A stretch of DNA of 64,000 nt from Candidatus Magasanikiibacteriota bacterium (GTDB lineage Bacteria > Patescibacteriota > Patescibacteriia > Magasanikbacterales > GWA2-37-8). The notes under the pieces are model-generated. The model was not told the DNA's origin. It saw only the letters and a program-made list of their open reading frames with translations, and searched no databases. How positions within the stretch are numbered: position 1 is the stretch's first letter; each line of letters begins with the position of its first letter. The DNA is taken from assembly GCA_041665405.1 (NCBI GenBank), contig JBAYIZ010000001.1, positions 90,618-154,617 of the forward strand, written 5' to 3'. Position numbers and translations under genes: made by a program. This document shows positions 11,228 to 21,152 of the stretch, piece after piece.

Positions 11228-11343
11228 ACAAAAAACACCACCTACATAATGACTTTTTCGCTTTTTTCACCCGCGAGGGTGAAAGGATGAGCCTCGGGCT
11301 CATAACCCGCTCAAAAGTAATTATGTAGGTGGTGTTTTTTTGT
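11228..11343. repeat. Structured repeat element (copy 1) enclosed in a long inverted repeat
   Basis: Core 11260-11316 nearly identical to 21049-21104. Confidence 0.8.
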
Positions 11344-11373
11344 TTGTGTTTAGCGAAAATAGTGGGTGTGACA

Positions 11374-11419
11374 TTGACAAAAGAGGTGATTTGTGTTATA
11401 CTGATTTGTTATTTGAAAA
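11374..11419 (+). promoter_or_regulatory. Sigma70 promoter plus boxA-like motif for GC-rich gene
   Basis: TTGACA-17 nt-TATACT with extended TG, followed by GTTATTTGAAAA. Confidence 0.75.
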
Positions 11420-11546
11420 TTTAATCAAATTTGACCGGTATCTAATTGTGTTGAGTAATCTCAATAGAATTTGGTACCGGTTTCGAGTGTCTTTCCCGCC
11501 GCATACTTTGCGGCCCATCCGGCGCTCATTGCGCCAGAGGTACGAG

Positions 11547-11852
11547 ATGAGCCTGTTTTTCTTCTTCGCTCTGATGTCGATCGTCGCCAACGCTTTGACC
11601 TTCAAGGGGAAGAAATTCTCCTGGTGGGGGTTCGCGTTTGTCTTCGTGGGAGGGGCGCTCGCGGCTGTCGCGTTTTCGGAGAGCCGGGAACTGCCGATCC
11701 TCGACCACTCGTGGCAGGTCGCCGCCAGCTGGGCAGGCCTGTCCGGACTGATCGGACCGGTCGTTCAGGTGGCGTGGTTCTCCACGAACCCGCCCAAGTG
11801 CTCCGAGTGCGGGCGCAGCTGTTCCACCCACGAGAAGGTGGCGCGCATCTAG
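11547..11852 (+). CDS. GC-rich small membrane protein (101 aa) with C-terminal CxxC
   Basis: GAGG SD before ATG 11547; strong G/C third-position bias; three hydrophobic segments; CSECGRSC. Confidence 0.7.
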   Translation: MSLFFFFALMSIVANALTFKGKKFSWWGFAFVFVGGALAAVAFSESRELPILDHSWQVAASWAGLSGLIGPVVQVAWFSTNPPKCSECGRSCSTHEKVARI

Positions 11853-11991
11853 GTTTTTTGGACTTTTTCCTCCCCGAGTAAAATCGGGGGCAGTGTCGCA
11901 GACGGTCGAGCTAGTTTATTTAGCTCCCATCTGTGCCTGAAAAAAGTCCGCAATCCCTGAGTGTCTAAAATATTTAGATATTGAGGAAAAC

Positions 11992-12021
11992 AAAAAATCA
12001 CCATTTAATTGGTGATTTTTT
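11992..12021. terminator. Bidirectional intrinsic terminator
   Basis: AAAAAATCACCA-TTTAAT-TGGTGATTTTTT between convergent genes. Confidence 0.8.
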
Positions 12022-12033
12022 GTTTGTGTTTTT

Positions 12034-12555
12034 TTATTTTGTTTCTTGAACAATAGTTTTTGGTGATAGATTTTTTATCATTTCATATCCGCCTACCAGA
12101 CAAGTTACAAAAAAGATATTACCTAATAATTCATTTCGGAAAAAGGGAAGTGCCATATAATAACTTTGAACTAAGCCAGATAAATCGTGTGTGTACATTG
12201 TTCCAAAAGCCCAGACAGCTGTGTTGGTCAAAAGAAAGAAAACTACACTACCAGCGAATGTACTCAATGCAACATTGGTGAATTTAATATTATTGCGAAT
12301 TGCGCGTCCGATTAATACCACTAACAAGAAACCGATATACACCGAAGCCATAATATAAATACTATAAAATCCAATAAAGATGTCGCTGATAAACATTGCA
12401 ACTATTGGTAACCATAATGATTCTTTTTTTGTTAAATACAGTCCACCAAATAAAGCGATGGCACCAATAGCGGTAAAATTTGCTGGGTGCGGTACAAAAC
12501 GAGTAGCGATGGCTAGGATGATGAGAAGATAAGTGAGGACATTTTTGTTTATCAT
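12034..12555 (-). CDS. Putative cobalamin transporter membrane component (DUF6580/ECF S-component-like)
   Basis: RFVPHPANFTAIGAIALFGG, FFLLTN, ALPFFRN; last gene downstream of B12 riboswitch. Confidence 0.8.
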   Translation of the reverse strand: MINKNVLTYLLIILAIATRFVPHPANFTAIGAIALFGGLYLTKKESLWLPIVAMFISDIFIGFYSIYIMASVYIGFLLVVLIGRAIRNNIKFTNVALSTFAGSVVFFLLTNTAVWAFGTMYTHDLSGLVQSYYMALPFFRNELLGNIFFVTCLVGGYEMIKNLSPKTIVQETK

Positions 12556-12573
12556 AGGTTATTATTTTTTAGT

Positions 12574-12635
12574 GTCATTCCCGTGAAAACGGGAATCAAT
12601 ATTAAATGCTGGATTCCCGTTTTCACGGGAATGAC
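12574..12635. repeat. REP/RPE-like palindromic doublet
   Basis: GTCATTCCCGTGAAAACGGGAATC and its exact inverted copy separated by a 14-nt spacer. Confidence 0.85.
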
Positions 12636-12645
12636 GTGAACTATA

Positions 12646-14544
12646 TTATACCATATTGCGCAGTAGTCTCAAACCTAGGTAAACACCTACCGCTAGAGCA
12701 CTTCCACCAGTTATTGCCAAGATTCTTTTGGCATGTTTTTTGGTGGGAGTATCCAAAGGTAAATCATCAATAATTTTATTTTCATTTTTAGTAGTTTCAG
12801 CTGAGTTCAAAGTAAACGTGGATGTTGGTATAGTTGTTTTTGGCTTTTTGGTTTCTGTTCTATTAGTCGTAGTCACTGGTTTGTTAGTTTTTGTATTTGT
12901 TATTTTTATTCCAGCAACTTGATTATTTATAGAAGAAATATTTACAGTAGTAGTTGCGACTGTTAATGTTGAAGTGGTAGCTAGAGTAGTGGTAGTGGTT
13001 AGAGTTGTTGTGGCGACTGTTGTAGTGACTATTAATGTACTTGTCACGTTTAAAGTGGTAGAGACTACTGAAGGTAAATTTGCCGAACCGCCGCCTTGGT
13101 TTTGATTATTATTGCTTTTTAATTGTGGTTCCAAAATTACCGGCCAATTTTTTCTCAACAAAGCTGGCACAGCATGTTTAGTAGCAAACCAATCAACACC
13201 ATCACTACTCCAAGCAGAGTTGTAGTGATCAGTACCATCTAGATTGGTAAGAATATACCAAGGATTTTTTCCAGCCGAATTAAACCAGTCACTTTGTGTT
13301 TTTCCTAAAGCGTTTATTCCCATTACCACCCAGCTGGTAGTGAGGGCATCAGAAGTGTTATTACACCAAGTGACATCATAACACCAACCACCATCGGAGA
13401 GTTGTGCACTTTTTAAATATTGTTCCGCTTTGGTAAAAATATTTTCATCAATATTTACCCCTTTATTTTGAACATATTTCAAGGCGTTAATAGCCGCCCC
13501 AGTAATATCTGAACTGGCCGCTCCCCAAGAAATAAAGGCGCCACTAGTCTGGTTTTGGTTGGCTGTAATTCCGTTTATGGTTGCTAAGACAGCTGGAGAG
13601 TCATTGCTTTCGTCGATCGCTTTCAAGGCAATTAGTCCAAAGACGTCATCATTTATTCCATCTTCTCCATAAGCGCCACTAACAACACACGTGTCATTGA
13701 TTTTATTTTTTAGATCAATAATTTTGGTATCAGTTTTGGATATGCCAGAAGCCAGAAGAGCTAAAATGTGGCGGGGATAACCGGCACATAAATTATTGTC
13801 AGAGGCGGAGGTAATAGTAAAGTTATGTATGTAATCTTTTAGGCTGGTAGTGCTATTTTTAATCGTATCAGAAAATATTCCTTTACTACCAAATGTCATT
13901 GCCGCCCAATCAGAGATTCCACTATCCAAAATCATTCCATCAGCACTTTGTTTTGATTTTAAGAAATTGACTAATTTGTTTACGCTATCGTTTATCTGAC
14001 TGTCAGTAATTAAAATGTTTGAATTGCCTCCACCACCACTGTTATCTCCACCAGAGTTGTCGCCAGAGTCATCAGTAGAAGTAGCTGTGGTAATAGTTGA
14101 TGTGGTCAAAGAAAAATCGCTATAATCTGTATCGTTGAATTCACGCACTTGAAAAAAATATTCAGTATTTGGTGTTAAATCAAAAAAGGTGGTACTAGTA
14201 TTGATAGTGCTAAAACTGGATGTAATAGTGGAACTTACTTCATATGAGGTGGCATCGATTATGTCGTTCCAAAATAGAGTAATAGTAGATGTCGTTGCTG
14301 AGATAGTCGTGATGTTTGGAGTGGAGGTGGTCTTTAGGATATTTTCAGTTGTTGTAGAAAAATCTGCAGCAGGTGGTGTTGTAGTGGATACAAGATCCAA
14401 GATAGTGGTAGTCGTAGAAGCAACAATGTCGTCAGTTATTGGTGTATCAAGAATTTCCGCATTAGCGCTACTAATGTTTCCAACTAGTATTACTATTGAA
14501 AAAAAAGTTAAAATTACTATTATTTTAAAATTTAGAGTGTTCAT
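12646..14544 (-). CDS. Surface protein with FN3-like region, prenyltransferase/squalene-cyclase-like repeat domain, Thr-rich linkers and C-terminal TM anchor; probable cobalamin capture
   Basis: Signal peptide; LKSKQSADG, QNQTSGAF, LKSAQLSDGGW repeats; operon with DUF4430. Confidence 0.75.
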   Translation of the reverse strand: MNTLNFKIIVILTFFSIVILVGNISSANAEILDTPITDDIVASTTTTILDLVSTTTPPAADFSTTTENILKTTSTPNITTISATTSTITLFWNDIIDATSYEVSSTITSSFSTINTSTTFFDLTPNTEYFFQVREFNDTDYSDFSLTTSTITTATSTDDSGDNSGGDNSGGGGNSNILITDSQINDSVNKLVNFLKSKQSADGMILDSGISDWAAMTFGSKGIFSDTIKNSTTSLKDYIHNFTITSASDNNLCAGYPRHILALLASGISKTDTKIIDLKNKINDTCVVSGAYGEDGINDDVFGLIALKAIDESNDSPAVLATINGITANQNQTSGAFISWGAASSDITGAAINALKYVQNKGVNIDENIFTKAEQYLKSAQLSDGGWCYDVTWCNNTSDALTTSWVVMGINALGKTQSDWFNSAGKNPWYILTNLDGTDHYNSAWSSDGVDWFATKHAVPALLRKNWPVILEPQLKSNNNQNQGGGSANLPSVVSTTLNVTSTLIVTTTVATTTLTTTTTLATTSTLTVATTTVNISSINNQVAGIKITNTKTNKPVTTTNRTETKKPKTTIPTSTFTLNSAETTKNENKIIDDLPLDTPTKKHAKRILAITGGSALAVGVYLGLRLLRNMV

Positions 14545-15124
14545 ATTTCCAAGTTATTAAATCATTATTTTTTAAAATATATGAGGAAATGCCGATTTTG
14601 GCCGGTTGGCCGTTGATATAATAAATCCAGTATTCGCCAGTTTGGTTATTATTTTTTTGACCGTCAATTTCTTCTAAGAAATATCCAACACCTTTGTATT
14701 CTTTAAAAATTGCACTAATTTTTTTATCGGTAATTAATTTTTGCATAGCGTTGTAGCCAGTTGAATTTTCAGGAAGGTTCAGGGTGTATAGTTTGTCGAT
14801 TATTTTGATTGTGACATTGAGTGGATACTTGATTTCTTCTTTGTTAATAGTTTCGACAGTTGTGGTTGATTTGATTTCGTTTTCGACATTTGTTTTTTCA
14901 ATTTTTTCATTATCAAGCGGTTGGTTGGATTCAGTTACCAGTGTTTGGGCTGGTTGATTATCTGAGATAATAGTATTGGTAGTCACATCCGTCCAAGTGA
15001 TATTTTGTGGCGTTGGTTTAGGTGTCTCTATATTCGGTTTATCTGGTAATAGTAGATAGGCGCCAGTGGACAAGAACAAGAATGTAAGAATAAAGAATAG
15101 GCGGACAAGGTGTTTGTTTTGCAT
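14525..15124 (-). CDS. DUF4430 (transcobalamin C-terminal-like) protein
   Basis: GYFLEEIDG, YWIYYINGQPAKIGISSYILKNNDLITWKY; N-terminal TM. Confidence 0.85.
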   Translation of the reverse strand: MQNKHLVRLFFILTFLFLSTGAYLLLPDKPNIETPKPTPQNITWTDVTTNTIISDNQPAQTLVTESNQPLDNEKIEKTNVENEIKSTTTVETINKEEIKYPLNVTIKIIDKLYTLNLPENSTGYNAMQKLITDKKISAIFKEYKGVGYFLEEIDGQKNNNQTGEYWIYYINGQPAKIGISSYILKNNDLITWKYEHSKF

Positions 15125-15200
15125 AAATTATTTTGGAGTTAAAAAAAATCCTTCCCGAGACGAAAAGATTCTAAAAGAGAAGATTCCTGCTCGGGATGGC

Positions 15201-15292
15201 TGTTATTTGAAGACCGGACTTGTTCCCGATTGAATCGGGACTTTACCGTTGCGGCACAGTGGAGGAATTGACCTCACTTCCACAAATAACAC
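15201..15292 (-). promoter_or_regulatory. Cobalamin riboswitch (compact type)
   Basis: Minus strand TGTTATTTG-TGGAAGTGAGGTCAATTCCTCCACTGTGCCGCAACGGTA...AAGTCCG...CAAATAACA matches the B12 element core; upstream of DUF4430. Confidence 0.85.
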
Positions 15293-15325
15293 GTAAATTG
15301 TCTTGTTAGTACACTATCAGCCTTA

Positions 15326-16042
15326 TCAAACTTTGTCAAAACGAGTTGTGCACAGTCGAAAAATCGTGATAAAAAATTCGACAATATCTTTGTTGGATAA
15401 TTTGGATAGTCCCATTGCGCGATCCTTGAAAGTTACTGGTATTTCTTTAATTTGGAATTTATTTTTTTGTGTGCGATACAACATTTCTTCTTGAAATGCA
15501 TAACCATTACTTTTGACATTGTCCAAATTTATTTTTTCCAATACTTCGCGTCGGTAACAACGAAAACCGGCAGTAACGTCTTTGACTTTCAAACGTAAAA
15601 TTATTCGAGCAACCACCATCGCTCCCTGACTCATCAATTTTCTTTTAAAATTCCAACCAATAATTTTTCCACCATTTATTTTTCTCGAACCGATGGCTAG
15701 ATGAAAGCCGTTGGCACAAGTTTCGATTAAGCGCGGTATATCTTTTGGATCATGAGAAAAATCAGCATCCATTTCCAATATAAACTCGGCGCCTAGGGCT
15801 AAGGCTTTTTTGAATCCCGCTATATAGGCGCTACCAAGTCCTAATTTGTTGTAGCGTTTGATTAGGTAAAGATTGGGGTAGGATTTCTGAGCTTCAGCTA
15901 CTAGTTCAGCAGTTTTATCAGGAGAATTGTCATCCACAACTATAATCTGCAAATTGTTTATTGATTGAGCAAAAATATCATTGATAAGGTTTACAATATT
16001 GTCCCGTTCATTATAAGTGGGTATGACGACAATAGTCTTCAT
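15326..16042 (-). CDS. Polyprenol monophosphomannose synthase-like GT2
   Basis: VIPTYNE, VDDNSPD, MDADFSHDP, SNGYAFQEE. Confidence 0.92.
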   Translation of the reverse strand: MKTIVVIPTYNERDNIVNLINDIFAQSINNLQIIVVDDNSPDKTAELVAEAQKSYPNLYLIKRYNKLGLGSAYIAGFKKALALGAEFILEMDADFSHDPKDIPRLIETCANGFHLAIGSRKINGGKIIGWNFKRKLMSQGAMVVARIILRLKVKDVTAGFRCYRREVLEKINLDNVKSNGYAFQEEMLYRTQKNKFQIKEIPVTFKDRAMGLSKLSNKDIVEFFITIFRLCTTRFDKV

Positions 16043-16043
16043 A

Positions 16044-16892
16044 TTATTTTTTTATATTATGTTTGGCGCAGAGTACGGTATTTTGTAATAGTAGCGCCAC
16101 AGTGATCGGTCCGACTCCACCAGGAGTAGGAGTGAAGTAACTAGATTTTGGTAAAACTTCTTCTCTGTTAGAATCACCGTACATTTTTCCATTTTCAAAA
16201 ACAATACCAGTATCAATAATGATTGCACCTGGTTTGACCATATCACCGCGTAACAAATCTTTTTTTCCAACTCCGGTTACAATGACATCCGCCATCAAAC
16301 ATTTTTCTTTGATATCGCGAGTGCGACTATTACAGGTGATAACACTGGCTCCTTCATTTGATAAAATAATTGCCAACGGTTTCCCAACTAGCGCACCCAT
16401 ACCGACGATGGTAATATTTTTTCCTGCAATTTCACAATTTATTTCTTTCAAAATAGTGATAACTGCATAAGGAGTAGGTGGAAAGATGTAGTTGGTCCGC
16501 ATGACCAATTTTCCGATATTGGTGTCAGTCAAGCAATCCACGTCTATGCTAGGGTCAACTGCATTTAGTACTTCAGACACATAAAGTTTTTCTGGCAAAG
16601 GAAGCTGAATTATCAAGCCAGACAACCTTTCCTTTTTTTGTATCTTTTTTATTTCTTCCACAAGTTTGTTTTTGTAAATAGTGGCTGGAAATGTTTTTAA
16701 TACAAAACCAATTCCAGCAGTTTCAGCGGCCTGTTGTTTTTTTTCAACGTAAGTCTGAGATGGCTTATCATTGCCAACCAAAATCACACCAAGTTTTGGT
16801 TTGATGTTTTTCTTTTTTAATTTTTTTACGTCCATTGCGACTGAAGTTCGTATTTTTGCGGCAATGGCTAGGCCGTCAATAAGTTGTCCCAT
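16044..16892 (-). CDS. folD: Methylenetetrahydrofolate dehydrogenase/cyclohydrolase
   Basis: IIQLPLP, LVGKP, TPTPGGVGPITVALL. Confidence 0.95.
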   Translation of the reverse strand: MGQLIDGLAIAAKIRTSVAMDVKKLKKKNIKPKLGVILVGNDKPSQTYVEKKQQAAETAGIGFVLKTFPATIYKNKLVEEIKKIQKKERLSGLIIQLPLPEKLYVSEVLNAVDPSIDVDCLTDTNIGKLVMRTNYIFPPTPYAVITILKEINCEIAGKNITIVGMGALVGKPLAIILSNEGASVITCNSRTRDIKEKCLMADVIVTGVGKKDLLRGDMVKPGAIIIDTGIVFENGKMYGDSNREEVLPKSSYFTPTPGGVGPITVALLLQNTVLCAKHNIKK

Positions 16893-17011
16893 AGTCACCT
16901 AATTATGACCATATTTTAACATAACTTAATAAAAAAATCCAGTATTGATTGTTGGAAGTGAATGTTTTTAGTATAGATGCTCGGTCTTTTTTTCAAGAGC
17001 GAACAGGTTAT

Positions 17012-18379
17012 TTATTTCCAGTTGAGGCCGTATCTCAGAGGACAGGTGGCAACATATTTGGTTCCTTTTGATTTGTCGGTATCGTCGGGTTTAAAAACAA
17101 AATTATAGTTTCTCTTTTTGAGTTCCTTACAAAGTTGTTTGATTTTCTTTGCAAATATTTCTTGAGGAATCAGACTAAAATTTGTCATGGATGAATCACT
17201 ATGGATATACTGTGCCCAATCTTCTGTTCCATTTGCATATTTTTTATAATATTCACTACCCAACCGTATTACGAGATGATGTATTCGAATCTCATCTGGT
17301 TCAAGATCCAGTATCAGATTGATTGTTTTGTCTAGAGAGGTAATATCGGTTTTTGGTAAATCCATAATCCAACTGGTTCTAACGCGTAAGCCGATGTCCT
17401 TTGTTTTTTTAACGACTTCAATAATCCTCTGGACGTTGGTATTTTTATTTACTTCGAGCAACACTGCATCATCACCAGATTCAATTCCATAATGTATCCA
17501 ACAAAAACCGGCTCGGCGCATTGTTTTTAGCATCTCATCATCGAAACATGAAATTGATCCTAAACAGCCAAGTGCTACACTAATTTTTCTATTTATAATT
17601 TCATTCGAAATCCCTATCATTCTTTTTTTGTCCACAATCGCATTATCGTCCAAGAAAAGTATTTTTTTAGCTTTACAAGTGCGGACCAGGTATTCAATCT
17701 CATCGACTACTGCCTTTGGATTTTTGCCTTTCCACATTTTCCAAAATCCAACTACATGGCAAAAATTGCACCTTTGACTACAACCTCGGCTAGAAAGAAT
17801 AGTTCGGACATCAATATAATCGGAGAGATCAATTAAACTCCTATCAGCGATAGGCGAAATATTCAAATCAAATTTTTCTTCACACAAGGTGGTTGAATAA
17901 ATATTCTTGCCACTCCAAAAGGAAATACCATTAATTGTTTTTAGTTTGTTCTGATCCCAATCACCTAGTTCTAACAATTTTTTCAAGGATATTTCCATCT
18001 CATGAGAAATGAGTATATCCACTGGTGTCTTTGGGAAAAGTAGCAGTTGTTTTTTATAAGTGGCAGTTTTGCCGCCAATTATTATTTTTGAGCCATGCTT
18101 CTTCAATAGGGATGAGATTTTTATGATATTTTTTTGTGCGAGATCAGTATGTAAGGGGATATGATAGTCATAAAGAATGACTGCTATGTCAAAATCTTTA
18201 TTCGCCAGATAATTATTCAATTTTTTTAGGTCCATTTGCTTCGCGTCCATGTCTATGATATTTACATTATGGCCTAATGATTTCGTATAGGTCGCCACAT
18301 TTAAAATATCTATCGGTTCTATGATTATCGCATGAGAAGTAAATGGTTTATTTGGGGGATTTACAAAAAGAATGTTCAT
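17012..18379 (-). CDS. B12-binding-domain radical SAM protein
   Basis: N-terminal ILFVNPP B12-binding-like domain; SRGCSQRCNFC; GIESG. Confidence 0.85.
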   Translation of the reverse strand: MNILFVNPPNKPFTSHAIIIEPIDILNVATYTKSLGHNVNIIDMDAKQMDLKKLNNYLANKDFDIAVILYDYHIPLHTDLAQKNIIKISSLLKKHGSKIIIGGKTATYKKQLLLFPKTPVDILISHEMEISLKKLLELGDWDQNKLKTINGISFWSGKNIYSTTLCEEKFDLNISPIADRSLIDLSDYIDVRTILSSRGCSQRCNFCHVVGFWKMWKGKNPKAVVDEIEYLVRTCKAKKILFLDDNAIVDKKRMIGISNEIINRKISVALGCLGSISCFDDEMLKTMRRAGFCWIHYGIESGDDAVLLEVNKNTNVQRIIEVVKKTKDIGLRVRTSWIMDLPKTDITSLDKTINLILDLEPDEIRIHHLVIRLGSEYYKKYANGTEDWAQYIHSDSSMTNFSLIPQEIFAKKIKQLCKELKKRNYNFVFKPDDTDKSKGTKYVATCPLRYGLNWK

Positions 18380-18516
18380 ATTTGAATAGTGATTTGACCG
18401 GTCGATGATTGCTTTGTATAAATTAATTCTTCTAATTGTTTTTTCCTGAAAAAAACCAAGAAACTACAATTATTACAATAATAAATACAATTATTAGTAT
18501 GGCAATCATAAATTTG

Positions 18517-18587
18517 TTCCGAGACTTGGATTCGAACCAAGATAAGCAACTTCAGAGGCTGCTGTCCTACCATTAGACGATCTCGGA
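18517..18587 (-). tRNA. tRNA-Gln(CTG)
   Basis: TCCGAGA acceptor, GCAGC-CTCTGAA-GTTGC anticodon arm, CTTGG-TTCGAAT-CCAAG T arm; CCA not encoded. Confidence 0.95.
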
Positions 18588-18624
18588 ATGACAAATGCAA
18601 TTAAACTATATTTTTGGCCTATTG

Positions 18625-19455
18625 TCAAGATGAAATAGGGTCGCCAGTAATCAGATTATCTAGTTTTTTCTGTTCTACAATTTTAATTTTTTTCCATTGC
18701 CACCCATGTTTTTTGAATATGTCAGAGGAGGCGATATGGTATTTGACGTCGTGTTTTATTAGATAAACTTTCGGATCATTTTTTGCTTTATATAAAATCT
18801 TGGAGTCAGTAAACAGTACCCTAGCTGGTCCATCAGTGCGTCTAGTTTTTTGGTTGAAATCATGCAGATTGTCCATGATGTCGTCATATTTAAAACGATA
18901 GTCCGCCCCATTTATCGCATTGCCATTATCATTGGTGACAAATTCCTTAGTACTATCATCAAAACCTATAATTACTAACACATGATAATAAGATCCACCA
19001 GCACGGAAGCGATGATTTTTGTTTATTATGTTCTTCATGTTGAGCATCGCGATAACGGGATGTCCAGCACTAAGCTCATTTTTTATTTCATCTACAGTTG
19101 GGTTTTCTTTTACCTCGGCTGTAATGTCCGTATAATTATTGATAAGTTTCGCAGTTTGAGCGGCAGTGGTGTCCGCGTTACTGCCAAAAATTTTGTCTTC
19201 AATTTTAAACAGCGGCATCATATCAGCCGCCGCAATTTTTTTTGTAGTAGATTCATAACCGAAATAGTAGCCTTTGACCATCACTATGCTGGCTTCTTCA
19301 CAGGCGTTGTTCCAGGGTTTGGTCCAACTGCCAGTAGGGATCTCCGAAGTATAAGGGACTTTCAAAATCACTGAGGATTCATTTTGAGCCAAAGCGATAT
19401 TGTTCGAAAACAATAAAGAAAAAAATAAAAATATCGCTAAATATTTTTTGGTCAT
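18625..19455 (-). CDS. Secreted C39-like cysteine peptidase family protein
   Basis: Signal peptide; LKVPYTSE, NACEEAS, YHVLVIIGFD, TND. Confidence 0.8.
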   Translation of the reverse strand: MTKKYLAIFLFFSLLFSNNIALAQNESSVILKVPYTSEIPTGSWTKPWNNACEEASIVMVKGYYFGYESTTKKIAAADMMPLFKIEDKIFGSNADTTAAQTAKLINNYTDITAEVKENPTVDEIKNELSAGHPVIAMLNMKNIINKNHRFRAGGSYYHVLVIIGFDDSTKEFVTNDNGNAINGADYRFKYDDIMDNLHDFNQKTRRTDGPARVLFTDSKILYKAKNDPKVYLIKHDVKYHIASSDIFKKHGWQWKKIKIVEQKKLDNLITGDPISS

Positions 19456-19460
19456 ATTGT

Positions 19461-21005
19461 CTAAATCACTTCACCACCAAAATCTGCAGCCAAATTATTT
19501 AAATCTGTTTGATCACTGTTGCATATCTCTGGGGTTTTGACACTGCATGACACTCTTATTCTTTCGCCAATTATTTTTTCAATTTCATCCTCCAGACATT
19601 TTTTTGTTTTGCATTCTTCTATTTTGTCTTTGTGAATAGCAAAATCAAAAATAAGGCTTAGCCCAGTTTCATCCAAACTTGCCAAGGTACAACTTTTTAG
19701 TACAAAAGTTAATGAAGGTATTTTTTGTGACAAGCCTGATATAATTTCATTCCATTTGGTTTTCATTTCTTCCAGAGAAGTTTTTGGTGGTGAAATGTGG
19801 GTAAGATTTGTGATAGCACTCTTTATGGAAGTTATAATCGTGTTTGGTTTTGCGGTTTCAGTTTTTTTTTCTGTTTGTTTGGTATCACTTTTTATATCGG
19901 GAGTGTTTGTTTCAATATTATTATTGCAAAATTGAACTGTAAACAATTCTAATGGAAGTTGTGGTATTGGCGATTGTTTGATCTCACGTCTGCGTAGTGA
20001 GATTGAGTCAATCATTGCGATAATTTTTGGAGTTAAAAATTTAGCGGACAATTTTTTAATTTTCGCGAGGGTATCCTTGTCGGTGTTGATAGTGGAGGAA
20101 ATATCATAGCCAGTCTGAGCAATCATTGTTTGGCGCAAAATATCGATAAGATCCAAAGCGAATTGTTCTAGATTGTTGCCTTCGCTGGTAATTTTATTTA
20201 AATGTTCAATAGCAGATTTTGTGTCAGAATCGGCAATAAATTCTATAAACTTTAAAACAGAATTTAAATCAGAAGAGGGGAGGAAGGCAACAATATCTTC
20301 GTCCGTTATTTCCTTTAAATTTAATGTTAAAATTTGTCCGAGTAAACTCTCGGCGTCTCTCATACCGCCTTCACTTTTATCAATAATTTTTTCTAAAACT
20401 GTTTTATCAACTTTAATTTTTTCCTGTTTGCAAATACTTTCCAACTTTTTTAACATGCCTTCGCGGGAAATTTTTTTGAAAGCAAAACGCTGACAGCGAG
20501 AAATAATAGTAGCGGGTAATTTTTGGAGTTCGGTGGTGGCTAAAATAAATACCACGTGAGCAGGTGGCTCCTCGATAGTCTTGAGCAGGGCATTGAAGGC
20601 ACTGGTAGAAAGCATGTGCACCTCATCAATGATAAAAATTTTGTATTTGGATTGAGTTGGTTTGAACTGAGCGTTTTCAATAATATTTTCACGAACATTA
20701 TCAACGCCAGTGTGAGAAGCCGCATCAATTTCTATTACATCAATATTGCGTCCTTGAGCTATCTCAGTACAAGACGAGCATTCGTTGCATGATTCAAATT
20801 GACATTCCTTGCGATTTTTGCAATTTAGAGCTTTGGCCAAAAGACGGGCAATAGTAGTTTTGCCAACCCCGCGCGGACCAGTAAAAAGATAAGCATGAGC
20901 AATTTTGTTGCCAGCTATTTCATTGGTGATGGTTTTGACAATATGTTCCTGATCGTGAATATCAGCAAAAACCTGTGGGCGATATTTTCTATACAGTGTG
21001 GACAT
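19461..21005 (-). CDS. dnaX: DNA polymerase III subunit gamma/tau
   Basis: LYRKYRP, GPRGVGKTT, IDEVHML, AFNALLKTIEEPP. Confidence 0.97.
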   Translation of the reverse strand: MSTLYRKYRPQVFADIHDQEHIVKTITNEIAGNKIAHAYLFTGPRGVGKTTIARLLAKALNCKNRKECQFESCNECSSCTEIAQGRNIDVIEIDAASHTGVDNVRENIIENAQFKPTQSKYKIFIIDEVHMLSTSAFNALLKTIEEPPAHVVFILATTELQKLPATIISRCQRFAFKKISREGMLKKLESICKQEKIKVDKTVLEKIIDKSEGGMRDAESLLGQILTLNLKEITDEDIVAFLPSSDLNSVLKFIEFIADSDTKSAIEHLNKITSEGNNLEQFALDLIDILRQTMIAQTGYDISSTINTDKDTLAKIKKLSAKFLTPKIIAMIDSISLRRREIKQSPIPQLPLELFTVQFCNNNIETNTPDIKSDTKQTEKKTETAKPNTIITSIKSAITNLTHISPPKTSLEEMKTKWNEIISGLSQKIPSLTFVLKSCTLASLDETGLSLIFDFAIHKDKIEECKTKKCLEDEIEKIIGERIRVSCSVKTPEICNSDQTDLNNLAADFGGEVI

Positions 21006-21028
21006 ATATTATTATTACATTTATGGCA

Positions 21029-21119
21029 GTCTGTCGGATTGTCTTTTTGCTTTTTTTGCCCGCGAGGGCAAAAGGATGAGCCTCGGGCTCATAACCCGCT
21101 CAAAGAAAACCCGCCAGCC
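21029..21119. repeat. Structured repeat element (copy 2)
   Basis: Core 21049-21104 matches 11260-11316 with compensatory stem changes. Confidence 0.8.
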
Positions 21120-21152
21120 TGTGACGTACTGTGGCATATTTTCAGCTATATT

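Noticed and set aside
11340-11546. Upstream extensions of ORF-track starts (11340, 52406, 53675, 54631, 43779)
   Set aside because: They run through promoter or leader sequence; downstream ATGs with SD or family-typical N-termini fit better.
18376-18600. 74-aa ORF
   Set aside because: Overlaps tRNA-Gln; translation of tRNA sequence.
21029-21119. Possible SRP RNA (ffs often lies upstream of dnaX)
   Set aside because: No SRP domain IV motif (CAGG..GGAA..AGCAG) on either strand, and a second copy exists at 11260.
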